From a virus: a DNA stretch of 57,742 nt. This document shows positions 46,382-54,412 of this stretch, piece after piece. Made by a program: the position numbers and the translations under genes. The DNA lies in the IMG/VR virus record IMGVR_UViG_2616645027_000001. One strand, 5' to 3'. Numbering within the stretch: the stretch's first letter is position 1; the number at the start of each line of letters is the position of its first letter. The notes beneath the pieces were generated by a model that ran no database searches, was not told where the DNA came from, and was given only the letters and a program-made list of their open reading frames with translations.

Positions 46382-46654
46382 CTAAACTACCTGTACGTGT
46401 GCCGTACTATTAGAGGCTAAGTTTTTCCCCCAGATTTCCAAGGAGCCTGCTGCGATATTAATAGTTCTATCGACTACACTTAACATAACCCCTTGTTTTG
46501 AATCCGCTTCGGGTTGCGTACCCTCAGACAAAAGAACTTTATGAAAGCGTCCTTTATGCTGAAAAACAAACTCAGTTCCTACAGGGATTCCAGACAAGGT
46601 ATTTATACTCTGCCATTCCGTAGTTAACTCGATATCTGGTAATGTTTGTGCCAT
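46382..46654 (-). CDS. Small beta-rich structural protein candidate, 90 aa
   Basis: Track ORF, 1-nt spacing to the next gene. Confidence 0.5.
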   Translation of the reverse strand: MAQTLPDIELTTEWQSINTLSGIPVGTEFVFQHKGRFHKVLLSEGTQPEADSKQGVMLSVVDRTINIAAGSLEIWGKNLASNSTAHVQVV

Positions 46655-46664
46655 TGTATTCTCC

Positions 46665-47042
46665 TTATGCTAGCCCAACTTCTACATGCAAGTTGGTTGT
46701 CCATGTTTTATCGTAAGTATCAGAAGACAAGGTGCCGTCACGTGCTACATAAGGTCCCGAAACATTAATATCTAGTTTAACATTCCCATAAGGTATAGCT
46801 GTTAGCTCGCTAGCCGGAAAAAAGATGTCTACCGTGCTCAAGTCCCAATCGTCATTTCTACGTGAATTGTGCGTTAACACTTGCCAAGGTGTTAACGTTG
46901 TTTTACCGTCCGCTGATTTAACGCGACAACGTACAACTGAAGAAGCGTGAATCCTAAACTGCTCGTCTTCGTTTATTAAACCGTAAAGAACAACCCTAGA
47001 GGAAAAGTCTTGATTAGTTACTAGTGTTGCTATACTGCTCAT
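46665..47042 (-). CDS. Hypothetical structural protein, 125 aa
   Basis: Track ORF with a GGAGG SD. Confidence 0.5.
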   Translation of the reverse strand: MSSIATLVTNQDFSSRVVLYGLINEDEQFRIHASSVVRCRVKSADGKTTLTPWQVLTHNSRRNDDWDLSTVDIFFPASELTAIPYGNVKLDINVSGPYVARDGTLSSDTYDKTWTTNLHVEVGLA

Positions 47043-47060
47043 TACCGAGTCCTCCGTGCA

Positions 47061-47393
47061 TTAACAGCACTTACCGAGTTTTAGTTTCATTTTTGAGGGA
47101 GAGGTTTTTATTTTCAAGGGAGGATTGGAAGATAAAACCTGCACTTCTGTCCCAGAAACCTCTTTTGTTCCATCCCAATTTATTGTGCCGTCTGCGATTA
47201 TTTGTCCACCATCATAGAACCCTATAACGTATGTAGCAGCAGGTGTGCCCACAGGCATGTCCGCCAAGTAATTTCCATTAGCTACTTCATAGGCCGTGAT
47301 GTCCGCCCCAACCTGCACCAAGGCTTCTGTGTACACTCTTACAACAACAGTTGCACCGCTGTCGTAACCGATTATTGATAACTCGCCCGCCAT
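47061..47393 (-). CDS. Hypothetical structural protein, 110 aa
   Basis: I prefer ATG 47393 (TAATG coupling with the upstream stop) over the track start at 47408. Confidence 0.5.
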   Translation of the reverse strand: MAGELSIIGYDSGATVVVRVYTEALVQVGADITAYEVANGNYLADMPVGTPAATYVIGFYDGGQIIADGTINWDGTKEVSGTEVQVLSSNPPLKIKTSPSKMKLKLGKCC

Positions 47394-48925
47394 TACGCCA
47401 CCACCCAAGTTTCTGCGCCACCTGTTATGACGCGCTTATAAAACAGGCCATCCGTCCCCTCAGTAATCTCTGCTCTTAAGGTGGCGGGGGTCCAGCCAAG
47501 TGATAGTGTTTCATCATCATCGCAAGCTATCGCTGCCACTGTTGTTCCGTTTTGACTTCTGATCACAGGTCGTAGGTTAGCATCGCCGTTCTGCACAACA
47601 ACGGTTATCGGCACATCGGCTATTACAACGCCTGCGTTTAACTGACCTTCAAGTAATATGGAGCCTGTAGAGGTCTCATTAGCCACTAGGCCCGCAGACG
47701 GATGTTTTTGATCTTCTTTCGTAGTCACAGTAACCCCATTCCTATTCAGCGGAACGGTGTATGCTAGATCAAGTGTTTGAGTGACGTCGTTCCATTCCAT
47801 TACCTTGGCCGTGCCTTCATAAGGACTGGCTATAGCCACCCCTGAATTACCACCATCGCCATTATCCGCGATGTGCAACGGCTGTGCTACGACCTGCGAC
47901 ATAGCGCTTACAGGCATAGCAGGCGAAGCTTCTAGCCCAGCACTGTCCGCGCCTGAATAAGCTGAGCCCAATCCGTTAATCAGTGTTCTCGTCGCACCAT
48001 TAGGTTCATAGTCAGCGTCATTAGCGCCTGTGCCCCCAGCTCCATCGAAGTCTATAGGTGAACCGGGACTAACCGTAAATGTTCCTTCCGCACCATCACG
48101 AACAAACCAATTAACTAAGGTGTTCGCATAAGGGGCTGAGAATTGACCGGATCGAGGCCATGTGATTAGATCATTAGACAAGGGCATGATTAACCGACTA
48201 TCATAGAACCGTCCAAAAGGGCTGAGGTCCATGTTTGCGTTATGGCAAGCCATAACGGGGTTGGTCGAATCGATAACGTACTCTTGGTTTCCGCTCGTGT
48301 ACAATCTGTAATACTGCCAAGGGGTTAGGCTTATATCCTCTTGACCTTGAACAGTTACTCCATTACCGTCCGTCAACTTTATAGTTGACGATAAAGGGCC
48401 ATTGACTACGTGAACCCACCCTTGGTTTGCTCCTGTGCTTCCCGGGGCATACGTCTGACAATTACGAAACCCGAAAAAGAATGTGCTCTTAAACGACAAG
48501 CCATAAGACAACAAGGGCATAGGGGACTCATCCCCGCCTTCTAACTGCTCACTAAAACCATAAAACCCTTGAGTAGAGGTAATAATAGCTCCGTCCGACA
48601 AGCCTGTAAAACAAATCGGCTCTCCAAAGGACATAAACTCTCGGTACAACACGGTACCTTCATTGAAGTCGGCTCCGTTTGCATATACTTCGATTACGTT
48701 GCCCGCACCCAAGGATATTCCTTGGACCTTACCTGATGTTGTATAACCTACCGCAAGTACTGTTAGCGCAGGTTGTCCCTGTGCTGCAAGTAAGCCTTGC
48801 TCTAAGCCAAGCGTCGCGCCTTGTGCGTCGGCAACAGTGGCGATGGGGTTGTTCGCGGATGTCTCAGGTAACTGATCAAGCGTAACTACGCTCTTTGGGT
48901 CAACACGGGTACCGAGGTGGTCCAT
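47393..48925 (-). CDS. Large fibre/spike-like protein, 510 aa
   Basis: Track ORF with Gly/Thr/Asn-rich, beta-like composition. Confidence 0.55.
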   Translation of the reverse strand: MDHLGTRVDPKSVVTLDQLPETSANNPIATVADAQGATLGLEQGLLAAQGQPALTVLAVGYTTSGKVQGISLGAGNVIEVYANGADFNEGTVLYREFMSFGEPICFTGLSDGAIITSTQGFYGFSEQLEGGDESPMPLLSYGLSFKSTFFFGFRNCQTYAPGSTGANQGWVHVVNGPLSSTIKLTDGNGVTVQGQEDISLTPWQYYRLYTSGNQEYVIDSTNPVMACHNANMDLSPFGRFYDSRLIMPLSNDLITWPRSGQFSAPYANTLVNWFVRDGAEGTFTVSPGSPIDFDGAGGTGANDADYEPNGATRTLINGLGSAYSGADSAGLEASPAMPVSAMSQVVAQPLHIADNGDGGNSGVAIASPYEGTAKVMEWNDVTQTLDLAYTVPLNRNGVTVTTKEDQKHPSAGLVANETSTGSILLEGQLNAGVVIADVPITVVVQNGDANLRPVIRSQNGTTVAAIACDDDETLSLGWTPATLRAEITEGTDGLFYKRVITGGAETWVVA

Positions 48926-48930
48926 CTAAA

Positions 48931-49692
48931 CTAGCCTATAATAGTAGCTATGTATGCGCCATTACCGGGAGCAGAGGCAAATGTAAAAGTTGCTGTGTTC
49001 GTACTGGTAGCTTGCATGTCGCAAATCACAACATCATTACTCAACAGTTCTCTAACCGACATAACAACGTCTGATGTACCGAGGCTGTGGGTAACAACAA
49101 TTGCTGTTGCTGTGCCATCTCCGATTGCCTCAGAGTACTTACCAGTCTTGGTTGCAATATCTGCGGCCATTGCAGCAGCGGCACTGTCATCCGCAGCCAT
49201 CTCGTTCGCGATCTCAAGGAATGTATCGTACGCGGCAGGAGCGCCCGTCATACGAGCATCAATTAACGCATCAACAGCGGCCGTAAGGTCTGAAATTGTT
49301 GCAGCAACCTGAGTACCTGTATGGTTACCCCGGTTAAGTAAATTAGCATCTGTGTCATTTGCCGTAGCATTATCTTCAATACCTGTAAGCTTATTACGCT
49401 CTGTCAGTAACATCATAACGGTAGTTGTACCGTTCACCATGTTGTCAGTATTGAACGCGTCGTCGGCCACACCAGTTGGGTCGTAGGTAGACGCTAGCAT
49501 GTCGCCTGAGCCTGTAGCAGCACCAAAATCAGTCCAAGATGTACCGTCGTAACGGCGAACAAGTCCTGTAACTGTGTTTTGGTACATGTGCCCCACGCCG
49601 AACGGCGGGGGGTCGGCGGCTAAGTTCTCTAACCGAAGTCCTAATACCTGATTACCAGCTAAATCTAAACTAACTAATACTTTTTGCGACAT
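48931..49692 (-). CDS. Tail fibre-like protein, 253 aa
   Basis: N-terminus LDLAGNQVLGL...YDGTSWTDFG, NHTGTQVAATISDL motif, and a C-terminal H(S/N)LG beta-domain. Confidence 0.6.
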   Translation of the reverse strand: MSQKVLVSLDLAGNQVLGLRLENLAADPPPFGVGHMYQNTVTGLVRRYDGTSWTDFGAATGSGDMLASTYDPTGVADDAFNTDNMVNGTTTVMMLLTERNKLTGIEDNATANDTDANLLNRGNHTGTQVAATISDLTAAVDALIDARMTGAPAAYDTFLEIANEMAADDSAAAAMAADIATKTGKYSEAIGDGTATAIVVTHSLGTSDVVMSVRELLSNDVVICDMQATSTNTATFTFASAPGNGAYIATIIG

Positions 49693-49695
49693 TAT

Positions 49696-49932
49696 CTATG
49701 CTCCTAAATAAGCGCTTCCTGCAAACGGAGCGCTAAAGATTATCTGTGTTGTGTTTAGGTCCACATGAACGACATCACCTACAACGTCACTGCCCCCTGT
49801 ATCTACTACATGTACAGCAAAGGGCCTTTTTCCTAAGTTGTGGGGGATTGTCCAAGTTGACAAGGGTACTGCCTGATTATGATCGTACCTAATCGAATCC
49901 TCTGATCTAGAAGGTATTAAATTTCCTAGCAT
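49696..49932 (-). CDS. Stand-alone HNLG-type beta-sandwich domain protein, 78 aa
   Basis: WTIPHNLGKRPFAVHVVD..GDVVHVDLNTTQIIFSAPFAGSAYL parallels the C-terminus of the 253-aa protein. Confidence 0.55.
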   Translation of the reverse strand: MLGNLIPSRSEDSIRYDHNQAVPLSTWTIPHNLGKRPFAVHVVDTGGSDVVGDVVHVDLNTTQIIFSAPFAGSAYLGA

Positions 49933-50073
49933 AAGGACTCCTTAGTGTAGTTATATAGTAAGAGTAGCAAGGGACCTCAATTCCAGTATGAGGGTCAGAG
50001 CTTCAGCATCCTGTGCTTCGGGTTAAACCTGTTTTCCTTTCTTTATTAGTGTGCGTCCGCTGCTACTCTTGTT

Positions 50074-50256
50074 CTAGCGTGCCCAGTCCGAATTATATCT
50101 AAACTGACCACATTGTTTTTTCTTAAAGGTTGATTTTCCTTTCTCACAAGCCTCTTTTCCAAGGCTCTTGTAGTTTTCTACCGCGTGGGTGCACGCAGCA
50201 CAAGCCCCCAACAACTTTCGCTGTTGGCGACGTATTAATATCTGTTCGGGGTTCAT
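50074..50256 (-). CDS. Small Cys-containing basic protein, 60 aa, first ORF of the late operon
   Basis: Track ORF with Cys pattern CAAC....C....C. Two palindromes lie just upstream. Confidence 0.4.
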   Translation of the reverse strand: MNPEQILIRRQQRKLLGACAACTHAVENYKSLGKEACEKGKSTFKKKQCGQFRYNSDWAR

Positions 50257-50461
50257 TTTAGGACCAATGTAAAACTATAAGTTTTACATTTTGTTGTTTT
50301 TGCATACTTATATGTATGCAAAGGGGGAATGTTACTAAACCTAGTTCAATAAATTGTTTTGTTCAAGGTTTATGAACACTATAGTTACCTGAACAGGGTG
50401 TTTTGGTTTATATAATGCTCAATAGTGGTACTCACAGTACCACTATCTTGTTATTTTTAAA

Positions 50462-50487
50462 CAAGGCCCGAGTAGTCTACCTACTCA
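50462..50487. repeat. 26-nt direct repeat copy 1 (CAAGGCCCGAGTAGTCTACCTACTCA)
   Basis: 25/26 identical to 50765..50790. Contains the internal hairpin GAGTAG-TCTAC-CTACTC. Confidence 0.8.
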
Positions 50488-50764
50488 GCGTGTCCGATCT
50501 TTGCCTTAAAGATACTCGGGGGAATACATTTAAGGCAAAGTGCTGACCTTGTTCTACTCACAACCAAGCTAGTAGACCTAAGCGACGCATATGCGTTTCA
50601 TACCCACGTAATCATCAGGCTTAGTTTAAATTTGGGAAAACCCCGCCAGAATTAACTGAACGGGGTTGCCTATGCCCACTAGAGCGGCAACTCATTTAAT
50701 GGCGCGCTGCATCGCCCATTAGCGTACGTGGTTTCGCTTTCCTCAGACTAAATGAAATCTAATT

Positions 50765-50790
50765 CAAGGCCCGAGTAGTCTACTTACTCA
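50765..50790. repeat. 26-nt direct repeat copy 2
   Basis: Lies 303 bp from copy 1. Confidence 0.8.
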
Positions 50791-50847
50791 TTAATAAATA
50801 ACCCAGAAGGTTGCGCATTGTTAAGAGGCGTGCCGGGTTTTGTTAAC

Positions 50848-50925
50848 TGGTCTGTCGGGAAGGATTTGAACCTTCGGCAACTCCGTTCCAAACGGAGGAC
50901 TCTGGCCTGACTGAGCTACCAACAG
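50848..50925 (-). tRNA. tRNA-Pro (anticodon UGG), 78 nt with encoded CCA
   Basis: Hand-folded cloverleaf. Acceptor CTGTTGG/CCGACAG (one G-U). D arm GCTC-AGTCAGGCCA-GAGT. Anticodon arm CTCCG-TTTGGAA-CGGAG. Variable loop TTGCC. T arm GAAGG-TTCAAAT-CCTTC. Discriminator A, then CCA. Confidence 0.85.
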
Positions 50926-51192
50926 AGAGATATTGATCAGGCTGGACGTTACCCCAGCTGGTGTTTTTATCAAATGCCGAAAATAACTGCAGGTAGTTAC
51001 CCTATTTCCCATGTTTCGACTAAATGTTAAGAGGCTAATGCTCACGAAGCACCTTACCTACACCCTCACTTTATGAGCGTTCCTACTTTCAACGCCGCTG
51101 ATCAAATTCTTTAATTCTAAGGCAGAGTTTCATCATACCCGTAAATGTGTCGTAGAATACATAGATTTGGCGTCAGAACCCTACGAAACACT

Positions 51193-51221
51193 ATTAAACC
51201 ATACTTTGTTACTTGTGTCAA
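51193..51221 (-). promoter_or_regulatory. Promoter candidate TTGACA-17-TGgTTTAAT (late leader / tRNA promoter)
   Basis: Read directly on the minus strand, about 270 nt upstream of the tRNA. Confidence 0.35.
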
Positions 51222-51712
51222 CACTTTATTTATAAATAATCTTTGCCATAGCTTAAAACTCTTGTATGGGCTGTCGGGGACCCGATAATTTTAGTTCATC
51301 AAGTTTTCGCTTTTACGAAAACGGTCTGTGCCGCTAGTGAACTTGCTAGGAATCCTCGGTGATTCATAACAACTCCACCAATGATCGTTTATTGCTCTGT
51401 CCTGTATCCATTGTGAATTTCCTAAGTAGTAAAACACTACTTTACCATGCCCCGCAATTAAACGCAATGGTTTGTACAATTATTTTATTCCATGTTCTAT
51501 ATTGGAACATTTGCTGCAACATTAATAAACACAATGACTTAGGTGTCGTTCCAAGTGATTGATAGTAAAGGGTCTTTGTGGTGGTACTATGTAAAGTGAG
51601 ATTATAGTGCGAAATCGGGCTCAATCTGCGCCCACGATGCTGGGATAATTCTAGAGACCCCTATGTTTCACGTGGAACATTAACTACTGTATAAATGAAC
51701 AGTATGTTTAGG

Positions 51713-51740
51713 CAGCAAAAAGCCAGCGGTTAAACTGGCT
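51713..51740 (-). terminator. Intrinsic terminator (second of a tandem pair)
   Basis: On the minus strand: AGCCAG-8 nt-CTGGCT followed by TTTTGCTG. Confidence 0.45.
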
Positions 51741-51765
51741 GGTGCTACGTGTGTTGTGTACAGGC

Positions 51766-51793
51766 AATAAAAAGCCCGGTTGTTATCCGGGCT
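51766..51793 (-). terminator. Intrinsic terminator ending the minus-strand early arm
   Basis: On the minus strand: AGCCCGG-ATAACAA-CCGGGCT followed by TTTTATT. Confidence 0.6.
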
Positions 51794-51824
51794 GTGTCTT
51801 ATTACTTGTTGTACTGTCTGTTAT

Positions 51825-51938
51825 CTACTCGCTGTTACGTCCTCCTAGTATCGCTATGATTACCCATAAGATACCCATGATTATGCCTGTTAGTATATTA
51901 TCTATGTTACCGCCTTTTTGTTTATCTATATTACGCAT
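51825..51938 (-). CDS. Hydrophobic peptide, 37 aa (below track cutoff)
   Basis: MRNIDKQKGGNIDNILTGIIMGILWVIIAILGGRNSE. Weak SD. The terminator follows. Confidence 0.3.
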   Translation of the reverse strand: MRNIDKQKGGNIDNILTGIIMGILWVIIAILGGRNSE

Positions 51939-51971
51939 TGTATAATCCCAATTTGTTTTATCGTTTTGCTT

Positions 51972-52508
51972 TTAACTTACCGTACTTGTCCAGTCGTTGG
52001 CCTGTCCTTCTAGTATTTCCATACTAGTAGCTATCATACTAATACAATGATCTAGTAATATAGCCTGTCCAGTACAGCCGCGCCCCCATACATTAAAGCC
52101 CAACAGCTCTACCACTACCTCGCCCTGCTCTCTCAGCTTAGTAGCGAGCCAGTCGGACACACCGTAATACTCGGATGGTTCTAAATATTCATAATCTAAA
52201 CTGTTTTCTTGAATACAATCAATTTGAGCTTCTTCTTTAGTATCAAAACTATCTCCAAGAAGTTCGTCGCTGTTTTCAGTATCTACCCAATAATAAGCGG
52301 CTTGATACTTAACTATCACATATCCGTTGTTATCTAAAGTGTAATTATAATCAATAGCTCTTGTGAGTTGGTAAACTTCGTCCTCCCAAGCACCGGCACC
52401 GTACTCGCACAGATGCTGTATTAATTGGTTATGATTACATATTACTTCTCGTTCTACTAAACGCGCTTTAATTCGTTGATTGGTTGTGCTGTCATAATCG
52501 TGTTTCAT
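51972..52508 (-). CDS. Hypothetical acidic protein, 178 aa
   Basis: Track ORF with SD context ACAGGAACAAATAAAATG. Confidence 0.55.
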   Translation of the reverse strand: MKHDYDSTTNQRIKARLVEREVICNHNQLIQHLCEYGAGAWEDEVYQLTRAIDYNYTLDNNGYVIVKYQAAYYWVDTENSDELLGDSFDTKEEAQIDCIQENSLDYEYLEPSEYYGVSDWLATKLREQGEVVVELLGFNVWGRGCTGQAILLDHCISMIATSMEILEGQANDWTSTVS

Positions 52509-52558
52509 TTTATTTGTTCCTGTGTTGATTTATTTTATAAATTAGTTAGCTGTATATT

Positions 52559-52696
52559 TTAATCATTCCCCGTATAAAGGTTTATTGTGTCGTACGCTTC
52601 AGCCATACTAGCCAGTCCGCCTTCAATGAATTTGTTATCCAAGTATACACAAATTCCGCGCTTGTTTTGTTTGATCGTATAGCCTTTATATTTCAT
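52559..52696 (-). CDS. Small protein, 45 aa (below track cutoff)
   Basis: MKYKGYTIKQNKRGICVYLDNKF.... Starts 3 nt after the upstream stop. Confidence 0.4.
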   Translation of the reverse strand: MKYKGYTIKQNKRGICVYLDNKFIEGGLASMAEAYDTINLYTGND

Positions 52697-52699
52697 TTT

Positions 52700-52963
52700 T
52701 TATTTACCTGTATAGGGGTTAATTATATTTAGATAAGTGTCGTATTGCTCGCGCGTTATTTGCTTACACATATCGACCTTGTAAACCATTTCTTCCATGT
52801 CCCACCAATTTCCATTACTGTCAAAGTCTGCATCGTCACCGTGTGATTCACCTCTTAATGCATGGAGTCGTGCTAAACCTTCATTTTCAGCTTTTATTAC
52901 GGTTATAGTATTTTTTTCATACTCACCGATCAGCAATATTAGTTTTATTATGTAATAGTTCAT
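52700..52963 (-). CDS. Hypothetical protein, 87 aa
   Basis: I prefer ATG 52963 (SD context ACAGGCAAATAAAAATG). The track TTG 52996 would sit at the predicted transcript 5' end. Confidence 0.5.
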   Translation of the reverse strand: MNYYIIKLILLIGEYEKNTITVIKAENEGLARLHALRGESHGDDADFDSNGNWWDMEEMVYKVDMCKQITREQYDTYLNIINPYTGK

Positions 52964-53003
52964 TTTTATTTGCCTGTGTCGATTGATTAATTTCAATAAG
53001 TAA

Positions 53004-53032
53004 ATTATAAGTTTATTGGTTTTCTATTACAA
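53004..53032 (-). promoter_or_regulatory. Sigma70 promoter TTGTAA-17-TATAAT
   Basis: Read directly. Shares TAAACTTATAATTTA with the promoter at 54352..54380. Confidence 0.55.
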
Positions 53033-53120
53033 GTCTTTTTTAACATTTTTATAAAAAAGATTAAAAACACAATAACGTTAAGTATTAGCCAAGCTTTTAT
53101 AAATATCATTTTTATTAGTC

Positions 53121-53648
53121 CTATTGGTTTATAATCCTCTTAAATGTGTAAGCGCCCTTAGTTACTTCAAGGTATAAATGTTCCTCGTATATGCCGTATG
53201 TATCGCCATCTATGTGATAGTCAACTCTGACACCTGTTTCTTGCTCTAATAAATTAAGGTGATCTTCGATAAAATCCAACTCTTTATCAGCTAACGCCTT
53301 ATGTTTCAAATAGTCTCGTTTAGCGTCTGCCGGGTTAAAAAATTTACCGTTTTCGGGGTATTGTTTATTGCGCGGTGAAATGTATTCTTGATATTTTTCA
53401 CCTTTACCGAGATATTTATATAGCGTTGTCGCGTTTACATATTCCTTAGCGTTGTTAGGCGGCGCGCAGTACTTGTTGTATTCCTCAAACCAAGGTGCGA
53501 TTAACGCCCATTCTACAGGGTCGCAGATGATCCGCTTTGCTTTAGTTCGTGCCTCGTCTATATTCGCGGCTTCTATTTCAAATTCACCGCGTTTTGCATC
53601 AACTTGTATTGAAAAGTTCAAAGGTTGTTTTTTGATTACGTATTTCAT
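53121..53648 (-). CDS. Hypothetical protein, 175 aa
   Basis: Track ORF. Confidence 0.55.
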   Translation of the reverse strand: MKYVIKKQPLNFSIQVDAKRGEFEIEAANIDEARTKAKRIICDPVEWALIAPWFEEYNKYCAPPNNAKEYVNATTLYKYLGKGEKYQEYISPRNKQYPENGKFFNPADAKRDYLKHKALADKELDFIEDHLNLLEQETGVRVDYHIDGDTYGIYEEHLYLEVTKGAYTFKRIINQ

Positions 53649-53654
53649 GATATT

Positions 53655-53855
53655 TTATTTAAACCTCTTTTTTATACCAGTCCAGAATAAAACAGCTCGT
53701 TCGTATTTACGTTTTAAACGGTGTAATTCTTCTAGCTCAGCTAGTGTTGTGTTAACCACGCCTTTAGAGCTATAAAGCTTTATTCGTTCGTTTGTGCGAT
53801 CAAGTAAAAATAATTTGCTTTCTAGCTTCTCGTTTATTTGTTTTTGTAAAGTCAT
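53655..53855 (-). CDS. Hypothetical protein, 66 aa (track alternative GTG 53906)
   Basis: ATG 53855 avoids overlap with the upstream gene. Confidence 0.45.
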   Translation of the reverse strand: MTLQKQINEKLESKLFLLDRTNERIKLYSSKGVVNTTLAELEELHRLKRKYERAVLFWTGIKKRFK

Positions 53856-53884
53856 TACTTTATACCGTTTAATATATTGATTTA

Positions 53885-54127
53885 TTAAGTTAGTAGCGGT
53901 ACACACTCGCCTGTCATAAAAAAATGCATTCTTTGCGCTATCGTAAAATTATGGTCATGTAAACCGTTTTCTATTTCCTCAGCTAAAGTTATTTGTTTTT
54001 TAACATATTCTAGTTTCTTTTCATGCGTTACATGCTCGGCAAAGCCAAAATCAGGGGATAACGCTTCAGCGGCGCACTTTCTATTTATTTTAGCTGCAAA
54101 TATTCTAGCTTCTTGTAGTGTTTTCAT
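53885..54127 (-). CDS. Hypothetical protein, 80 aa
   Basis: Track ORF. Confidence 0.5.
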   Translation of the reverse strand: MKTLQEARIFAAKINRKCAAEALSPDFGFAEHVTHEKKLEYVKKQITLAEEIENGLHDHNFTIAQRMHFFMTGECVPLLT

Positions 54128-54128
54128 T

Positions 54129-54308
54129 TTAGTTTACTTCCTTTAACCATTTAGTTATTAACAACTTTGCAGCACGCTCATTAGTAACTTGTTGATGTTT
54201 AAACACACCGTCCCCATTGAATGTCGCAGTAACGACAGAACCATTAGGAGTATTATGCCCATGATAGTATTGTCCTTTATATTGTTTTGTATAAAAAGAA
54301 TTATTCAT
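54129..54308 (-). CDS. Small protein, 59 aa (below track cutoff)
   Basis: AGGTGAG SD. MNNSFYTKQYKGQYYHGHNTPNGS.... First gene downstream of the consensus promoter. Confidence 0.5.
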   Translation of the reverse strand: MNNSFYTKQYKGQYYHGHNTPNGSVVTATFNGDGVFKHQQVTNERAAKLLITKWLKEVN

Positions 54309-54351
54309 TTTTACTCACCTGTTTACTACTTGATTTATTTAACTCGAATAA

Positions 54352-54380
54352 ATTATAAGTTTACTGCGATACCTTGTCAA
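54352..54380 (-). promoter_or_regulatory. Perfect consensus sigma70 promoter TTGACA-17-TATAAT
   Basis: Read directly on the minus strand, 32 nt from the iteron array and 44 nt upstream of ATG 54308. Confidence 0.7.
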
Positions 54381-54412
54381 ATGTTTTTAACAAATTATTT
54401 TAAATACTTTTA

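Noticed and set aside
50411-50416. Plus-strand TATAAT in the late leader
   Set aside because: There is no -35 element at proper spacing and no downstream plus-strand gene.
50821-51045. Track ORF of 74 aa on the minus strand
   Set aside because: It overlaps the tRNA-Pro gene and has no SD. The composition does not look protein-like.
51291-51945. Track ORFs 51291..51479, 51359..51562, 51442..51624 and 51742..51945 in the late leader
   Set aside because: They overlap one another on both strands, several use non-ATG starts without an SD, and one spans the terminator hairpins. I treat the region as non-coding, apart from the possible 37-aa peptide at 51825..51938.
53005-53109. 34-aa hydrophobic minus-strand ORF (MIFIKAWLILNVIVFLIFF...)
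   Set aside because: It has no SD and overlaps the -10 and -35 of the promoter at 53004..53032. It is probably just AT-rich promoter DNA.
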